DNA from: Geosiphon pyriformis uo1
Taxonomy: Eukaryota > Fungi > Glomeromycota
Assembly: GCA_016748015.1 (NCBI GenBank)
Contig: JAAOMT010000672.1
Span: forward strand, 75,428 to 139,427
DNA length: 64,000 bases
Direction of reading: 5' to 3'
In this document: positions 23,390 through 38,778 of the stretch, piece after piece
Layout of the letters: every line of letters starts with the position of its first letter
How positions within the stretch are numbered: the first letter of the stretch is position 1
Notes under the pieces: model-generated
The model's database searches: none
What the model was told of the DNA's origin: nothing
The model's input: the letters and a program-made list of their open reading frames with translations, nothing else
Program-made: the position numbers and the translations under genes

Positions 23390-24571
23390 ATTAGTAATAT
23401 CAAATATAAAAACTATAGTAAAAAAAACCAGCTTGTTAATTAGCCTGTTGTTAAATATTTTTGGGTTCTTTAAAAGAATAAAAGCAATACTAAAACTAAT
23501 TTAAGTATGTTTTTTGAGAGAACTTTAACAGGCAAAAAACTAGTTAAAAATGGAGAAAATGTTTTAATAATCATTAAAGACAGCTTTTTACTATTATTAA
23601 TTAAAAAAAAGCTTCTAAAATATTTTGCCTAATTGCTTTTACAACAAAGAGAATTTTTTTAATTAAAACTTTGTAAAATATCAAAAAAAAATACCAGTTA
23701 CAGTCTTTTTATTCTTTATTTTGGTTGTAATCATAAAATTAAGAAGATAAAAAGTCTTAAATATTTTTTTTATTAATTAAAAAAAAATTGTTTAATATAA
23801 TATATTTAAAATTTAATTAATTAACTTTTTTAATAGTTATATTAGGAATAAATTTTTAACTGTAAAAAAACATAAAATAAAAATATTAAATACAGTAAAT
23901 ACATATTTAATATTTTTTATATTTTTTATTTATTTTCTAATTTTTAAGTATTTAAATATTTATAAATAAAAAATTACTTGTTGGCATTTACATATTTTAT
24001 TTTATTATTTTTAATAATATTTTTTCTTATTATTTAATAGCTTATTATTTAAATTTGTAATAATATAATTTGTAAATATAATTTTTTTGTAAGTAAAGAT
24101 GTATTTATTAATTTAAAGCTATTAAAAAAAAAAATTAAGTTTATTAAAAAAGTAACAAAATACACAAAATTGGTTTTTTATATTCAAATTAAAATAGTTT
24201 TAACTGGTTTAAATAATTATATATTATATATAGTTAACTAAATTAGTTGGTGGTTAAATTATATTTTTAAAACAATAAAAAGCATTTAAAAATATAGATA
24301 TTTAATTTATTGCAAAAAATAACAATATAAAAATTTTTAAAACACAATTTTCTTATAAATATATTTTAATTTTTTATATAAGCAATAAAAATTTTTGTAT
24401 TAAATATTTATTAATTTTAAATTAATAATTAATATAGTTGTATTTGTTTATTTGTATTTATAATAAATTTAATTTAATTTATTTTTTGCTTATTGTAATA
24501 TTTTGATAATAATAATTCTTTCGAAATTCGTGACTTAGATTGTTGGTTGTTTACTATGTAGTACGAACTAT

Positions 24572-24579
24572 TGACGCGT
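24572..24579. promoter_or_regulatory. MCB-like element TGACGCGT
   Basis: About 100 bp upstream of the first TPX2 ATG. Confidence 0.45.
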
Positions 24580-24681
24580 CTTAGATTCATAAATTTGGCA
24601 ACAGAGCATTTATACTTCTTTTGACCTATGCCTCTACACTGTGTGTATGATTTCCCAGCGAATTTCAACTAAAATACAGCG

Positions 24682-27600
24682 ATGAAGGTCCGGAAATCAA
24701 AAAGGGGGGCGATTGAGGAACCAAAGAAGCCAAATTATAGTGCGGAAAATGATTCCCTATACGAATTCGATGCACCCAAATTTCGGTTATTCAATACTAG
24801 TATTACACTTGGTGAGGGTGATTCTTGGTTTGGTATGTTAAATCTTAAGTTAATGTGTTTTACAGTTGTAGGATACTATTATTATTGGTCGATTTGAGGT
24901 ATCTCCTGTTACTTCTTTTGTAGAAAGAAGAGTTGGTACTCCTATAACACCTATGAGTAAGAGTCGTCCCATAGAAAATCTGCTGGGTACCCCCCCGAGC
25001 TTTTTGGGTTTTAATTCTTTAGAGGATCCGAGTCAAACGCGCGAAGATAAAGAAAACATGTTACCAAAAAATTCTTCAATTTCCAATAAGTTAAATTTCA
25101 AAACTTCCACACAAACAATCAAATTTGCTTCTCCTAGAAAGGGAAAGATAATTGGATTCCATTCCTCTGACAATCCTGATGAATTTAAAGTCCCTTTAAT
25201 CCCTCCGACATCTCACCTGGAGCCTGTGCGCAATTCGCAATTTGTGATTGAATATCTTCAAAAAGGGAGCGAACCTGTGAAATATTTGAAACCTGAGTCT
25301 TTGTACGAATTCGAAGCGCCTAGATGGCGTGATTTTAATAAAGACATAACATTTGGAAGTGGAGATTCTTGGTTTGGTAAATGATTAGATAATTTCGAGC
25401 GCACACTAAATCATTACATCCTTATTTTCACTGAAGCCGCAGGTAATTAATTTAAGGAAGATTATTAATCTTATAGATAAACGCCAGCCAACTCCAGTTC
25501 ATTCTATGGTACTTCCTACAATCGATTTTTCAACTTTCGGTGATACTTTAAATAACAAACAAGATTTGGGAATAGCAAATTCTTTCGACATTATTCAACC
25601 AGAAAAACCCGCGATAAATGAGGATTCGCTCGGCTCATCTGGCGATAATCCCCCTTTGCCCAAACCACCTGTGTTAACTGACAAAGATGATAAATTGGCT
25701 GAGGCTCCATGTTTCAAAACTATTTCAAAGTTGGAAGGAGTCCTTGTGGCAAATAATCACCATAGGGACCCTGATACAGTGGCTTCTATCAGTTCAATTG
25801 AAAAAGAATCGCTTATTAACTCAGATAAAAATGAAAAGGCCTTATCGAATTTGATATCGTTTTCCAATAAAGAAGCTCTGGAAAAAAAATCACCAAAAAA
25901 TTTCGTTTCTGATTCGAAATCACATGTAGTTAAGAGCATTAAGGATCAAATTGCCACCCTTCAGAAGAATCTGGAAGATAAGAAAAAAATTGGCCCTAAA
26001 ATAGCGAATAATAATTCCCAAACATCAGTTCAAGAAGAGACCCAACAACCTATAAAGGGAGCTGCTGCCACCCAACTGATTCTACATCCGATTCAACAAC
26101 TTAAGTGCATAAGTTCGACAACTATTTCAGAATCTATATCTCACACTCATGATCCATGGCTGAATACTTTAAATTCAAATGTTCTCACCCCGATAAATTT
26201 GTCCAAGGAATTAGAAGTGAATAAGAAACTCAGCAATGACAGACAAAAAGCTCCCATCCATCAACAGGAAACCCATCGCTTGGAAAATCTAATGACAAAC
26301 GCAAACCACATTTTGGGCAAATCAAAGAATCACCCTCCAAGAAAATCCCCAGGAGTACAGGTATTACATAAGAAATTTATAGGTTTTCTGGTAATCCCCA
26401 TTTTCATAATACTAAAACCCACTTTATCTAGAAACGCAACAATGTTAGAAGAAACATATTGGGTATTACGATACCTAAACCATTTAAATTCCACTCGACA
26501 ACACGTTTCAATACACTAGACCAAATAAAAAGATCACCGTATGTTCCTTTGGCTGTCAGGGTGCAGCGATTCCTTAAAGAGACTCCCGACAGATTTAAAT
26601 CTAAGGTTATCAACCGCGTGGATAAGGTAAAATAGTGACGTTTTATTCAAAATCAATAGAGGATTATTTAGTTATTGATATACTTCTAGCCAGTCCAGTT
26701 GAACGTAATTCGTACAACAAAGCCAAAATCACCGTGTTTACGCACCAAGTTAAGATCAAAACCTAAACTGTAAGTTTTTTTCAAGTTTAATTGGGGGGAG
26801 GACGGAGGAGCCTTTTTCTTGATCATATACTAACTTTAAACAACGAATCCAGTCTTTTAACTACCGAAGAACGACAACAGCAAGAACAAGAGAAATTCAA
26901 ATTCAAAGCGAAACCTATCAATCGAAGGGTCAGTTCATCAATATTTCTAAAATCTTTAAGAAGTTTTGAAATGTACCTTATTTTTTGTAGATATTCGAAC
27001 ATCATGCAGAATTTGGAATGCCACGACCAAAAAAGTTGGAGCTTACAATTCCCCGTTCACCTCTGATAACAAAGCCTAAGTCACAAGCCCCACGTCCACC
27101 TTCCCCTCCTCATCTAATCAAAGCAACTCCTGCACCTGATATGTCGGCACCCTTTCAGCCAATCTTGTCCCATCGACGATTAGATCCTCCAGAATTTTCT
27201 TTACCGGGAGAAGAAATATCTCGACGGAAGAATGAAGTGATGCAGATAAATTTGAAAGGCAAAAAACTTTGCGAAGAAAATGCTAGAAAATTTAAAGCAC
27301 GACCACTTCCTAGCGACTCTCCAGATGTAAGAAGTCTTGCTACATGATATCTTAATTGGACGACATTTTATTTTGATAAATGTTTTTTGTTTCAGGCTTT
27401 ACCCCCAATAGCTCCTCATCCGGTGACACACCCAAATCCTTTTAAACTTAAATCTGATCAAAGAGGAGAGAATTACCAACATAATTTTCGTCAAAAACTT
27501 AATCTACAGGAGCAACATGAAAAACAGAGCAAACAATTTCGAGCGAACCCAGTCCACAAAGTCGTCCCAAATCCTCCCAAAAAGTCCACCAAGGCCTTAA

Positions 27601-28087
27601 CTGAACCAAGAGGGTTTAACTTTAGGACAGATAAACGACTTGCAGAACGCAAGATACTTTATACAAAAAGAAAAATGCAGGATATCGAGGTCGAAAATCG
27701 TAAGGCCGAAAACCAAAAAGAAGAGATGGTAAGTGCAGAGAAATTTCAAGCTTTTCCTTTGGCTCGGGAAAGGGGCAGGCCAAAAATCGATTCTTGTACA
27801 TAACAGAAAATATAATCATTAATAATAATCAAACTGCACAACAGGAAAGGACCCAAAACGAAATTCGTCAAATACGATCAGAGTTAATCCATCATGCTAA
27901 ACCTATTAAATATTTCGCACCCTTAGTAGTGCAACCCTCAAACAAATCGTTAACGAAGCCTATATCACCTATGCTTGGGGATAAAAGAAAGCATCGTCCA
28001 AAAGCTCTTCAAAATTCTAATATTCAGAATATTTCGCAAGCGCAAGACAAAATAACTAAATTTCATACAAATGATCCATCTTTTTGA
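24682..28087 (+). CDS. TPX2: TPX2-like spindle assembly factor with two Aurora-binding motifs (multi-exon)
   Basis: YEFDAP...DSWF and YEFEAP...DSWF; repeats TIPKPFKF, FKAKP, LTIPRSP, FKARPLP, LTEPRGFNFRTDKR, HHAKP, LTKPISP. GT-AG introns include 24833-24923, 25377-25476 and 26361-26431. Confidence 0.85.
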
Positions 28088-28244
28088 TTTGAATGGCAGT
28101 TTTGTGATAGAAAACCAATAATTATAGGTTTTTTCTTCATGAATGCACCATCTTGCCTATAGTTTACAAATTATTTGCTCATGATTTTAAACGGGCATTT
28201 ATTAGTTAAATCAAAATTTGTATAGAACCCTCAAGTCCTTTAGA

Positions 28245-31200
28245 TTACACAATTTTAGACTTTCCTTTTCTATCAACGTTGCCAACATTACTATTGTCCG
28301 AGCTAATGGAATCAAATTCAGTTTTCTGGTCCACTTGTTTTAATCCCTCTTGCGTAAATCTTTTTTTTACCGAGCGATAATGCTCAAGTTCCTTCTCGGA
28401 AACAGATGGTACTAATTCCGCTAAAGCGCGTTCAAAATCCTCTTGCATCACCTCAACATGGGTGTCCTCCATTGTGGAGAGATGATCAAGATAATATTGT
28501 GTCGTTAGTGGCTCTGGCCATCTTTTCACAATTGAGGGATCAGCATTGAGATTTGCTACCAAGATTTATTAGTAATTTAATAACAGATGTAGAAAAATTT
28601 TATGACATCACGTTAAGAAGGGTCTCCCTTGTGATACTCACCAATTTTATCCTCGACACTTTCAGCCGTACGCGACATTGCCTTCAGCATAGCATCAGAG
28701 CAAATTGCGTAAAAGTCAGCCCCTGTATAGTTGAATGGACATTTATTTGCAATGACACGAAGATCCAACGACGGCGCTAGACGGAATCTAACATCATTTC
28801 AAAACACTTAAGGACCAATAATTGAAAAAAGTATTCAAAAAATTATCATTCTCCTTACTTTCTGGTTAAGGCCTTGATGATGTTTAACTGAGACTCGTGG
28901 TCTTCGCTAACTCCCAGAAAAAGAAGCTTTTCAAAACTATGAAAATTTCCGAAGAAATAATAAAAGATCAAACACATTTAAAACAGAAGATGCCTCTGAT
29001 AAATAGTAAGAATTGATCTACCGTCCAGGCCTTAATAGAGCAGGATCCAGTAAATCGGGTCGGTTAGTGGCACCAATGACAAAAACATCAGCAGGTCCCT
29101 TGCCTTGACCTAATCCATCCAATTCGGCAAGAAGTTGACTTACAATACGATCCATGACTCCACCTGAGTCACCTTTTTCGCCTCTTTTTGGGGCAACTGA
29201 ATCCAATTCATCAAAGAAAATAACACAAGGCTTAGCATCACGAGCCCGTTGAAAGACGCGTCTAACGTTGGCTTCAGATTCACCAATATACATATTGAGA
29301 AGTTCGGGACCTTTAACCGAAAAAAAATTAAGCGAACAAGAGGTTGCTACGGCTTTAGCCAAAAGGGTTTTGCCTGTGCCAGGTGGGCCATATAGTAAAA
29401 TCCCTGATCGTTTCTTCATGCCACTGGCGAATAATTCCGGGTGTTCTAATGGTAATTGTATAGTGTCTAAAATATCGTCTTTGACTGATGCTAGACCACC
29501 GACATCATCCCATGTCACGCTTGGAATCTTAGGTGCACCTATGGTATCAGAATAGGAAGCTCGGGCTTTTGCAAGAGCTGTTTCACAATCAGCTGCGGTC
29601 AATGCAATGCCTGCTTGTAATAAATCAACATCTTTAACAGGGTATTTCATTTTTTGAACAGCTTTTTCGACACGTTCAAATGCAGCCAGCCCTGCTCTTG
29701 CTATTAGGTCTGAAAGATCCTTTGCGACCAGTGCTGCCGTTTGTGTCGCCAAAGTTGACAAGCTGACATCAGGAGCTAAAGGGGTTGCAGCTGTTAACTG
29801 TTCTAATATGGCCAATCTTTCTTTTTCTCCTGGTGCTTCAAACACTATTTGATGCCGAAAAGATCCAATCACACTTGCTGGTATCTTTTCAATATCACCT
29901 GTTGTAGCGACAACCAAGACTGGGTGTCCGACTGTGCTAAATGAATCAACTAATAGTTTAAAACAATCCTGTAAAGTAATAGCTATAGTGGGCTCCTGAC
30001 CAGTTTCGAGAACTGCACTTTTTTTAGCCAAAGCATCTATATGTCGAAGCAAAAAAACACATGGGGAATATGTCATAGAATTGTGGATTCTGGTGCGAAG
30101 TGACGCTTCTGTCTTTGCGTCAGTTTCACCCGCAAAATCAAAACAGTTTACTTCGTAGACATGTACTCCAAGCCGTTCTGCAACCCACTCGACAACCGTC
30201 TTTTTGCCACATCCACGTGGGCCGTGCAATAGGACAGTGCAACTAAGATTTAGCGACGATGCACTCGGGTCCAAACAAGAACAAAAAAGATCATTGAGCT
30301 TCGCATATGGACTTTCAGGAGAAGTAAATACGGACTCATTTGATGGTGGGATAGGTGTCTCACTATTGATACCCAGGTAATATCTGTTAAATGGAACCCT
30401 GGAATGTTCCAAGCCAGTTTGGACTATTTTAATGAGTTGAGGGAAAACACGTTTTCCAGATCCTTTTTTCTTGTACTGCTTTTTATCGTGAGGTTCCAGA
30501 CGGGTAATTTTAAAATGTATAATTGTAGTTGACCTGTGAGGAAAGGTGGGAATTTTAAGATCTTCCAGTGATTCAACCTCCCCTTCCGTTTTCTGCGGCT
30601 TCAGCCTTGCGGATTCCTCTAACCATCAGAAAAATCAAAAGTTTCGATATCACTCTCTGGGTCAAAACTCTTTGAAAATAGAAAGAGAGGACTAAGGGAG
30701 ATTGATTCACCGTCAATGCACACAGATATCAAGTCTCCTTCTGACACCACTCTTTCTGCATCCTCAAACCATTTTTTCAATCCATCAAGGTTTGCTGCGT
30801 ATAAAGTTTTGTCGTTGCAAGAAGGAGAAGCTACTCTTGCGACCATAAGACTTTTCGCGGCTGAGGGAGGCGATTGTGGTCGGTCGACAGACTGAATAGT
30901 CATATAATGAGATTTACCAGCCGTTGTCTTATCAAGCCCAAGATTGAAATAAAGGAGCGGTGTAATATAAGCTGGTGGAAGAGATCGACTATAAAATGAT
31001 TTAATTGTGTAAATTATTTTATTTCAGTGGAAAATAGTGACACAGGTCAAAACTTTCATACTTTGAGTGTGGCAATTCAGCAGCATAAATTTGACAAAGT
31101 CTTGAACGGCCTAGAGAGCTTGAAACCAGAGCCTTGATTTTACGTCCGAATTTGGTTTAATCTAATTTACTCGAAGATATGATGAAATCAAATAATGTTT

Positions 31201-32603
31201 TTGTGAATGGCGACGTACCCAGCATCCGCTCTGATATCCTAATTTGGTTATAGTTGACAAGCCGACGAGAACCCATGATTCAGGATCTTCATTTTTCTTG
31301 GGCTTAGGTTGGAGCAATAATCGGGGGAGAGGACTTGACAAGACCAATGGTTCAAGGTCAACTTTTTTCAACGTTAACTGAAATACAGTATCTTTTGTTG
31401 AGTTTTCATCTTCTGAGGTTGAAGGTGAGGAATGAGGACAGGAATCTGATTCGTTTCCATTTAAATCGTCAGGTAAACGAAAATAGAGCCCATTACAAGG
31501 TGTTTCCAATTGTGAATCTAGTGTAGAAAAGTCAACAATGTCTAAAGGAATTTCTTGCTGCTGCGGATTTTCATTATCATCTGAATCCATTGCTAATGAA
31601 TCTGATAATTGATCCTCTTCATTAAAAGCAAATATTTCACTAGATAAATTTGTGATTATAAAGTTGGTGTGATCCGTAACTATGCCTTGCAAAACTGGAT
31701 TGCACATTAGAACTTTAAAATCGGTTGATAATGGAAAAGTAGCAGTGGTTGAAGTTGTAGATGAAGGATTTGGCACATTATAAGTCTCCCCGTGACGAAG
31801 AATAACAGGCGGAGAGGAACGAAAGAAACCAGATATAGAAACAGGATCTTGATATGAAAACAGGGATCAAAAATTTTTGAATGAATAAGAAAGATCCGAA
31901 ATAATTTTCACTTTCACTATTCACACTAATAATATTTCTATTTTGGAATCTTTATATGACCCACCAAACATTGAAACCTCACATGAATCCATCCCTAAGG
32001 CACCAAGGATGACTTCTTCTAATTCTACAAGTTGTGTGGCCTTAATTTTGACATCTAATCCATCCGTAAGTCGATGCTTTCTGGCGAAACCACGAGATAC
32101 GTAGCACAAATGGCACTACGTTAAATGCGTTGGAAAAATCAACTGGTTCAAAATTTTATAACAGATGTCTACGTAATCAAGGCTATTGTAATTAGGTTAG
32201 AAACTTACGTCTGTCACGTTATCAAATAGATCATTGTGTTGTATTTGAGCAAAAGTTATTATCGAATCGACCCAAGGTTTCATATGGGTTCTCTCTGGGG
32301 ACTTTTCAAAAAGTGGATTACTTCGGTTGATAATACGAGGCGTAATTGATATGGAGACAACGGATTTGAAACCATTCAAGACATTGGCTATTTAAGAAAC
32401 AACCTCAAAAAATTGCTTTTAAGCTTTCAACCCAAAACACAACTGCGCAATCAGCTACCTTCACTATCAGCTCCCAACGCTTCACTTGATATCTCTTTCC
32501 ATAATGGTTCATTCAAACCCACTACATTACAATTTTCTTTATCTGCCCATATGGTATTAAGAATTTTGATTTTTGTTGTGGGGAGACTAGTTACTGATGC
32601 CAT
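28245..32603 (-). CDS. PEX6: Peroxisomal AAA-ATPase PEX6 (multi-exon)
   Basis: Degenerate D1 (GPRGCGKK) and conserved D2 (GPPGTGKT, KGPELLNMYIGESEANVR, FFDELDSVAPKRG, DSGGVMDRIVSQLLAELDG). Start codon inferred. Confidence 0.93.
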
Positions 32604-33210
32604 TTTCTTGAAATGACACTGATTCGAAGTTGAAGAAGGTTAAAAAAAGACCTGTTCAAATCCATTGAATGGGAAAATTAGATTATGAATGAAGTCCAAA
32701 AATAAAATCTTGTTCACATGTTGACACTTTAAAATATGGCTAGTATTCTCATTGTCCGACAAATAAACCCTGAAGATCTTTCAACTATTAAAAACATGAA
32801 TCAGGCCTTTTGGATAACTCATTTTCGTATTTGGATTTGTGCATAACAAATAAAATAATCGCATTTACATAAGCAAGTTTAAATATGAATATTATATAGT
32901 TATTATATTTAATTATATTATGGTTTAAAAAATAAAAAAAATTCTTAATTGTTGATTTTATTTTTTTAAACTATTTATTCTTATTTAGTTGATAACAATA
33001 TGTATATTATAATTCGTTAATAAAAATTAAATTTCTACGTACTTTTATTATTATATTTTATGCTATTACTTAAATTCAAATATTCAATTAAATTTCAATT
33101 TCAATTTATTCACTCTTAACCCAGTTACAAAGTATAAAAATCTTTTTAAAACAATAATATAACATTGAATTTTAAATTTTTTATTTATTCCAACTATGAT
33201 AATTTTAAAT

Positions 33211-34722
<1,512 letters not shown>

Positions 34723-35457
34723 CAGTGAACAATATAAGAAATGGGTGATTAGTTTTGAAATTTGTCATGCATAAATTTAAGATGAAATATATGAGAATGT
34801 AAATTCTTAGAAGTTTAAATTTATAATCTAATTTTTGTAATTTAATTATTGTTACTAAACTGGAAATTAAAATTATTGTATTTAAAAATTAACAATAATT
34901 AACATATTTGCAATTATTAGTAATAAAAATATAAAATAATAAATGATATTAAACAATAAATTAAATATAAAATGAAACAAATTAATATTTAACTTTTAAT
35001 ATTTTTGTTTTTAATTGTATTTTAATTGTTAAACATTCTATCTTTTTGTTATTTATTTAATATTTATAAATTATATAATAAAAATTTAGTTAACATTATT
35101 TTTAGGAATGTAAACTTTTATATAATCTTAGTAATAATTGTTAGAAAGACTAATAAAAGTCCGACTTAAGTCTTCATTCGATCGACTACGGTAAAGATCT
35201 AGTGTGTTAAAAGATTTTTTGGCATCATTTTGCCTTGCATTCATTTCAACATCCACGTTTTCTTTTTAAACTGCTATCGAAAAATAAAAAATTCATATAG
35301 AAAAATCCAAATCAGATATCAAGATAGTAATTGCAAGCGTCCTTACTTGTCAAATATTGATTGAACTATTGTTGCCAAGATCATCTTCATTCCTAAGGTT
35401 CAAACATTTTATAAAATATTAGTTTTTTGATCATTTTAAAATTTTAGCACCAAGATT

Positions 35458-37633
35458 TCATAGCATATCCAAGTCCTCTGATTTTGGTTCAACTTTTTCA
35501 AATACGAATTTTTCTTGGTCATCGTCTTTTATTATTTGAGAATCCAGGAGTATTGAAATCTGTGAATGGTTTATCTCTTCAATCGTTTCAAGGTATCTTC
35601 TTCGTTTTGCGCCAAGTAGGGGAGATTTTGCTTTTGTAGGCCGCTTTCTTGATGGTTCAATTCTCACAGGAGTATAGTGTTTTATTGGTTCAGGATGATG
35701 AACCAATTCAGAACGCAGGTGACGAATTTCTGCTTCCTTTCTAGTCTGTGATTATCAATTATTTGATATATCAAATTAAGTTAGTTATCGAAAATCTACG
35801 TATATTCCCAATGAATAAATACTTGACCTCTTCCTCTTTTTGAATTGCCTCTTTGAGCATCTCATGCTCTTTCTCCCTTGATTTTCTTTCTGCTAATAGT
35901 TTTTTGTGTTCCTCAATGCGAAGGTCGGTTCTAAAAATGAATTCGTGCGGTTCAGTTGGAGGAGGAACTTCAGGTTTAAGTGGAATAACCGGTTCAAGCT
36001 TTGGAAGTGGTCTTGCGTGGAAAATTTTATTCTCTTTTTCACGTTGTTCCGCTTCATTTAGCTTTTCTTGAAACTTTTTTTGATATTCTTCTCCACGGAT
36101 ATTGGTTTGAAAAGTAAATGGTTTTGGATGCGTGACTGGGTAATGTAAGGGTATAGGCAATTGCTAATTTCATAAACAAAGTATCAGTAAAAGTCAGGGC
36201 AATGAAGCAAGAGGTCTTTGGATTAGTTATATTTTATAGGCTTACATCTGGGGAATCACTGGGAAGAGGTTGGGCTCGGAATTGGCGTGCCGAATTAATT
36301 TCTTCCATTTCCCTTTTTATTCTCTCTTCTCTCTCCTGAGCATTTCTCCTTCTTATTTCATCTCCAGGTAAGAAAAATTCAGGCGCATCGAGCTTTCGAT
36401 GTTGAAATATTGGTCTGAAAGGATTCTGTAGATCTGGAACAGGATTGGCTTTTATAACGTGAGGTGTGGAAGGTGGCACTTGTGGCGGCGGTTTAGGTTT
36501 CGTTATATTAGGAGAGCAAGGTATTGTCAATACAGATTTTTCAACCTTAGAAACACCTAGTTCCCCGGCTAATTCAAAAATCTATTAAAAAATTTAATTG
36601 AATACTGTATTATTGAAAAATGATATCAAGGATCCAATTCGAGATGAGAACTAACCCTATGGTTAACCGGCTTAGCCTTGAATTCATGTTTCTCGGCTTC
36701 TTGTGCTCGTTGTTCCTCCGTACTTAGGAGCCTGAAATAAAGAATTAATACGAGATATCCATTAAAAGCAATTTCTAGAGACTTACATAAGTGGCTTAGC
36801 TCTTAATTTTGTCAACAGAAATGGAGATTTGGGTATTGTAGCTGTTCTTTTGGCAAACGACATATTGCTGGACTAATAAAAGATGAAAATTAGCAAAATA
36901 TTATTAGCTAGAATTTGAGATTGATTAAAATCCAAACCCTGGTTTTGAACAATTTACCCAAGAATCATCTACGTTCTCTATAGGTTTTGGCTTGAACCTC
37001 TCCGGTGTTTGCTCAATATAATTTTGCACTTGTTTTACTAACGGAACAAATGGTGATTTAGGGCTCATCGTGGTGTCTGAAAAGTGGCTTCTCTGAGCAC
37101 GCAAGGCAGTCTGTAACGTAAAAGGCTTCGGAATTGTGAGTTTCTAAAAAGCAGAAGAAAAGTTTATGAATATTGGAAAAAATCTTGGGCTCATATAAAA
37201 GATATTCAACAGTTACTTTTATTCCATTAGAAGATGATTCTAAAAAATGATCTTCACTTGAGAAATCTTGTCTTTCTGAATTTTTAGATACTTTCTCAGA
37301 CCTCTCAAAATCATTATCTTTCGATTCATGTTGTCTTTGATCTCCAAGTTCCTCCGGGTAGAGGTCGGCTGATTCCACAAAATCATCATTTTTTGATTCA
37401 CTTTGTTGTTTTTCACATTCGAGTTCCTCTGAGTAGAGGTTTGCAGACTTTACAAAATTATTACTTCTCGAATCACGTCGTTGTCTTTGGAGTTCTTCCG
37501 AGTAGAGGTCGGCTGATTCACCTTTTGGTATCACGCTTTCGAGCTCGAGTTTGTATGAGCATTGTGTTGAGACTTCTTTTACCTCTAACGAAGTTTCTTG
37601 GGTAATTTCGGTATCTAAAGACTCACTTTCCAT
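35458..37633 (-). CDS. Second TPX2-like protein, lacking the Aurora-binding motif (multi-exon)
   Basis: LTIPKPF, TPERF, FKAKP, FRAQPLPSDSPD, FHARPLP, TEPHEFIFRTD, HHPEP, PTKAKSPLL; intron positions shared with the 24682-28087 gene. Confidence 0.82.
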
Positions 37634-37703
37634 ACTAAGAATTTAGTTAACGGGGTAAATAACCAATGCCAGTAATGGTTGTTATATCTGAAAATCTATA
37701 ACA

Positions 37704-37716
37704 TGACGCGTGACGT
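37704..37716. promoter_or_regulatory. MCB-like element TGACGCGTGACGT in a 129-bp bidirectional promoter
   Basis: Lies between divergent ATGs at 37633 and 37763. Confidence 0.5.
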
Positions 37717-37762
37717 ATTAATTTAATGTTGGCATTTTTAAACTTGTAAATTTTCGAACTTA

Positions 37763-38778
37763 ATGTTGCCACAGGCGAAAAGGGAAGAAATCCAGCACAT
37801 TGTAACTACTTTTCTGCTTGATAACAATGTTGCAGGTGGTCAAAAAAATACTGTTGGTGCTTTCACTTTTGAAGAAAATACCAGTTTGAATCACATCACT
37901 AGGCTGTTTCCTTGCCAATACAGGTAATTCAAATTAACGATTTAGTTTTCCCATTCCAACTTTCAGTTGGAGGTTCCCTCAAGCCATGAAATCTCCTTCA
38001 CTTATTTTTTGGAATCATAGGTCTAAATCTCAAGTGAAAGAGTTCTACAAAGAGTTTTGCCAGTTCCGTTCTGGAGTTCGCGAGTGCGTTCGTGAGAACA
38101 TACAGAATCAGTATAGCAATGCTCCACTTACTTCTCATGTAGAAGTAAGCTTTGATAGTCAAGAGGATCTGGTTAATATTTCAGGAGCCGCAGCAATAAA
38201 GGTATATGACCTATTGTCTCGATAAAATTTTTGAAAGTGTGTCGGGAATTTTTATCCTTTCCATTCTTTCCCTACCGATCAGCAAAATAGGGAGGAAGGC
38301 ATAAATACTGAAATTTTTGATGAGGAGGATGATAATGGCAATGATCCGCGTTTACTTGCTCTCCCCGAAGCCATTCAAATGCTAATAAAAGTCGAGAAAA
38401 CCATTCAAAGAGAATTGCGCAGAATGGAGCACGAATGTGGGATTTATCTACAGGATATCAAGACGTACTTCTTTCTTTTGTCTTTATTTGCATGGAACTT
38501 TTTCTCAAGCTGAACTTCTAATTTTTTTCAACAGCTTAAGTGGTCACATGTCAGATCTCATATGCCGAAAGATTCCCCCTGAAGGGTTAGGGGAACATCA
38601 GGCAGCTGCAGAAATAACGGTATGTATTCTATGAGAACTCCCAAACCTAATTTAAATTTTATTACAGATAATATTCTACATCGCTTTCCATTGTATATTA
38701 TTATAGGAATTCACACAGAAGTGTGATAAAATAACGAATTCTTTGCTCGCCCAAGAATTAGAACATGGCGATACGTGA
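37763..38778 (+). CDS. Cnl2/Nkp2-family inner kinetochore protein (5 exons)
   Basis: Spliced product MLPQ...FLL...SLNHITRLFPCQYRSKSQVKEFYKEF...VRENI...IQRELRRMEHE...SGHMSDLICRKI resembles fungal Cnl2/Nkp2 (LFP...Y...V.ENI and G.LSDL.Y.K patterns). Canonical splice sites; family call by recognition only. Confidence 0.68.

Larger units (their letters stand above)
17790..23755 (-). mobile_element. Decayed LINE, 5' end and ORF1 (same family as 1-194), interrupted by a solo LTR and a younger LINE
   Basis: ATG at 23734 (MITTK...); ORF1-like reading continues across the insertions at 20354-23389 and 19143-20127. Left boundary approximate. Confidence 0.7.
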
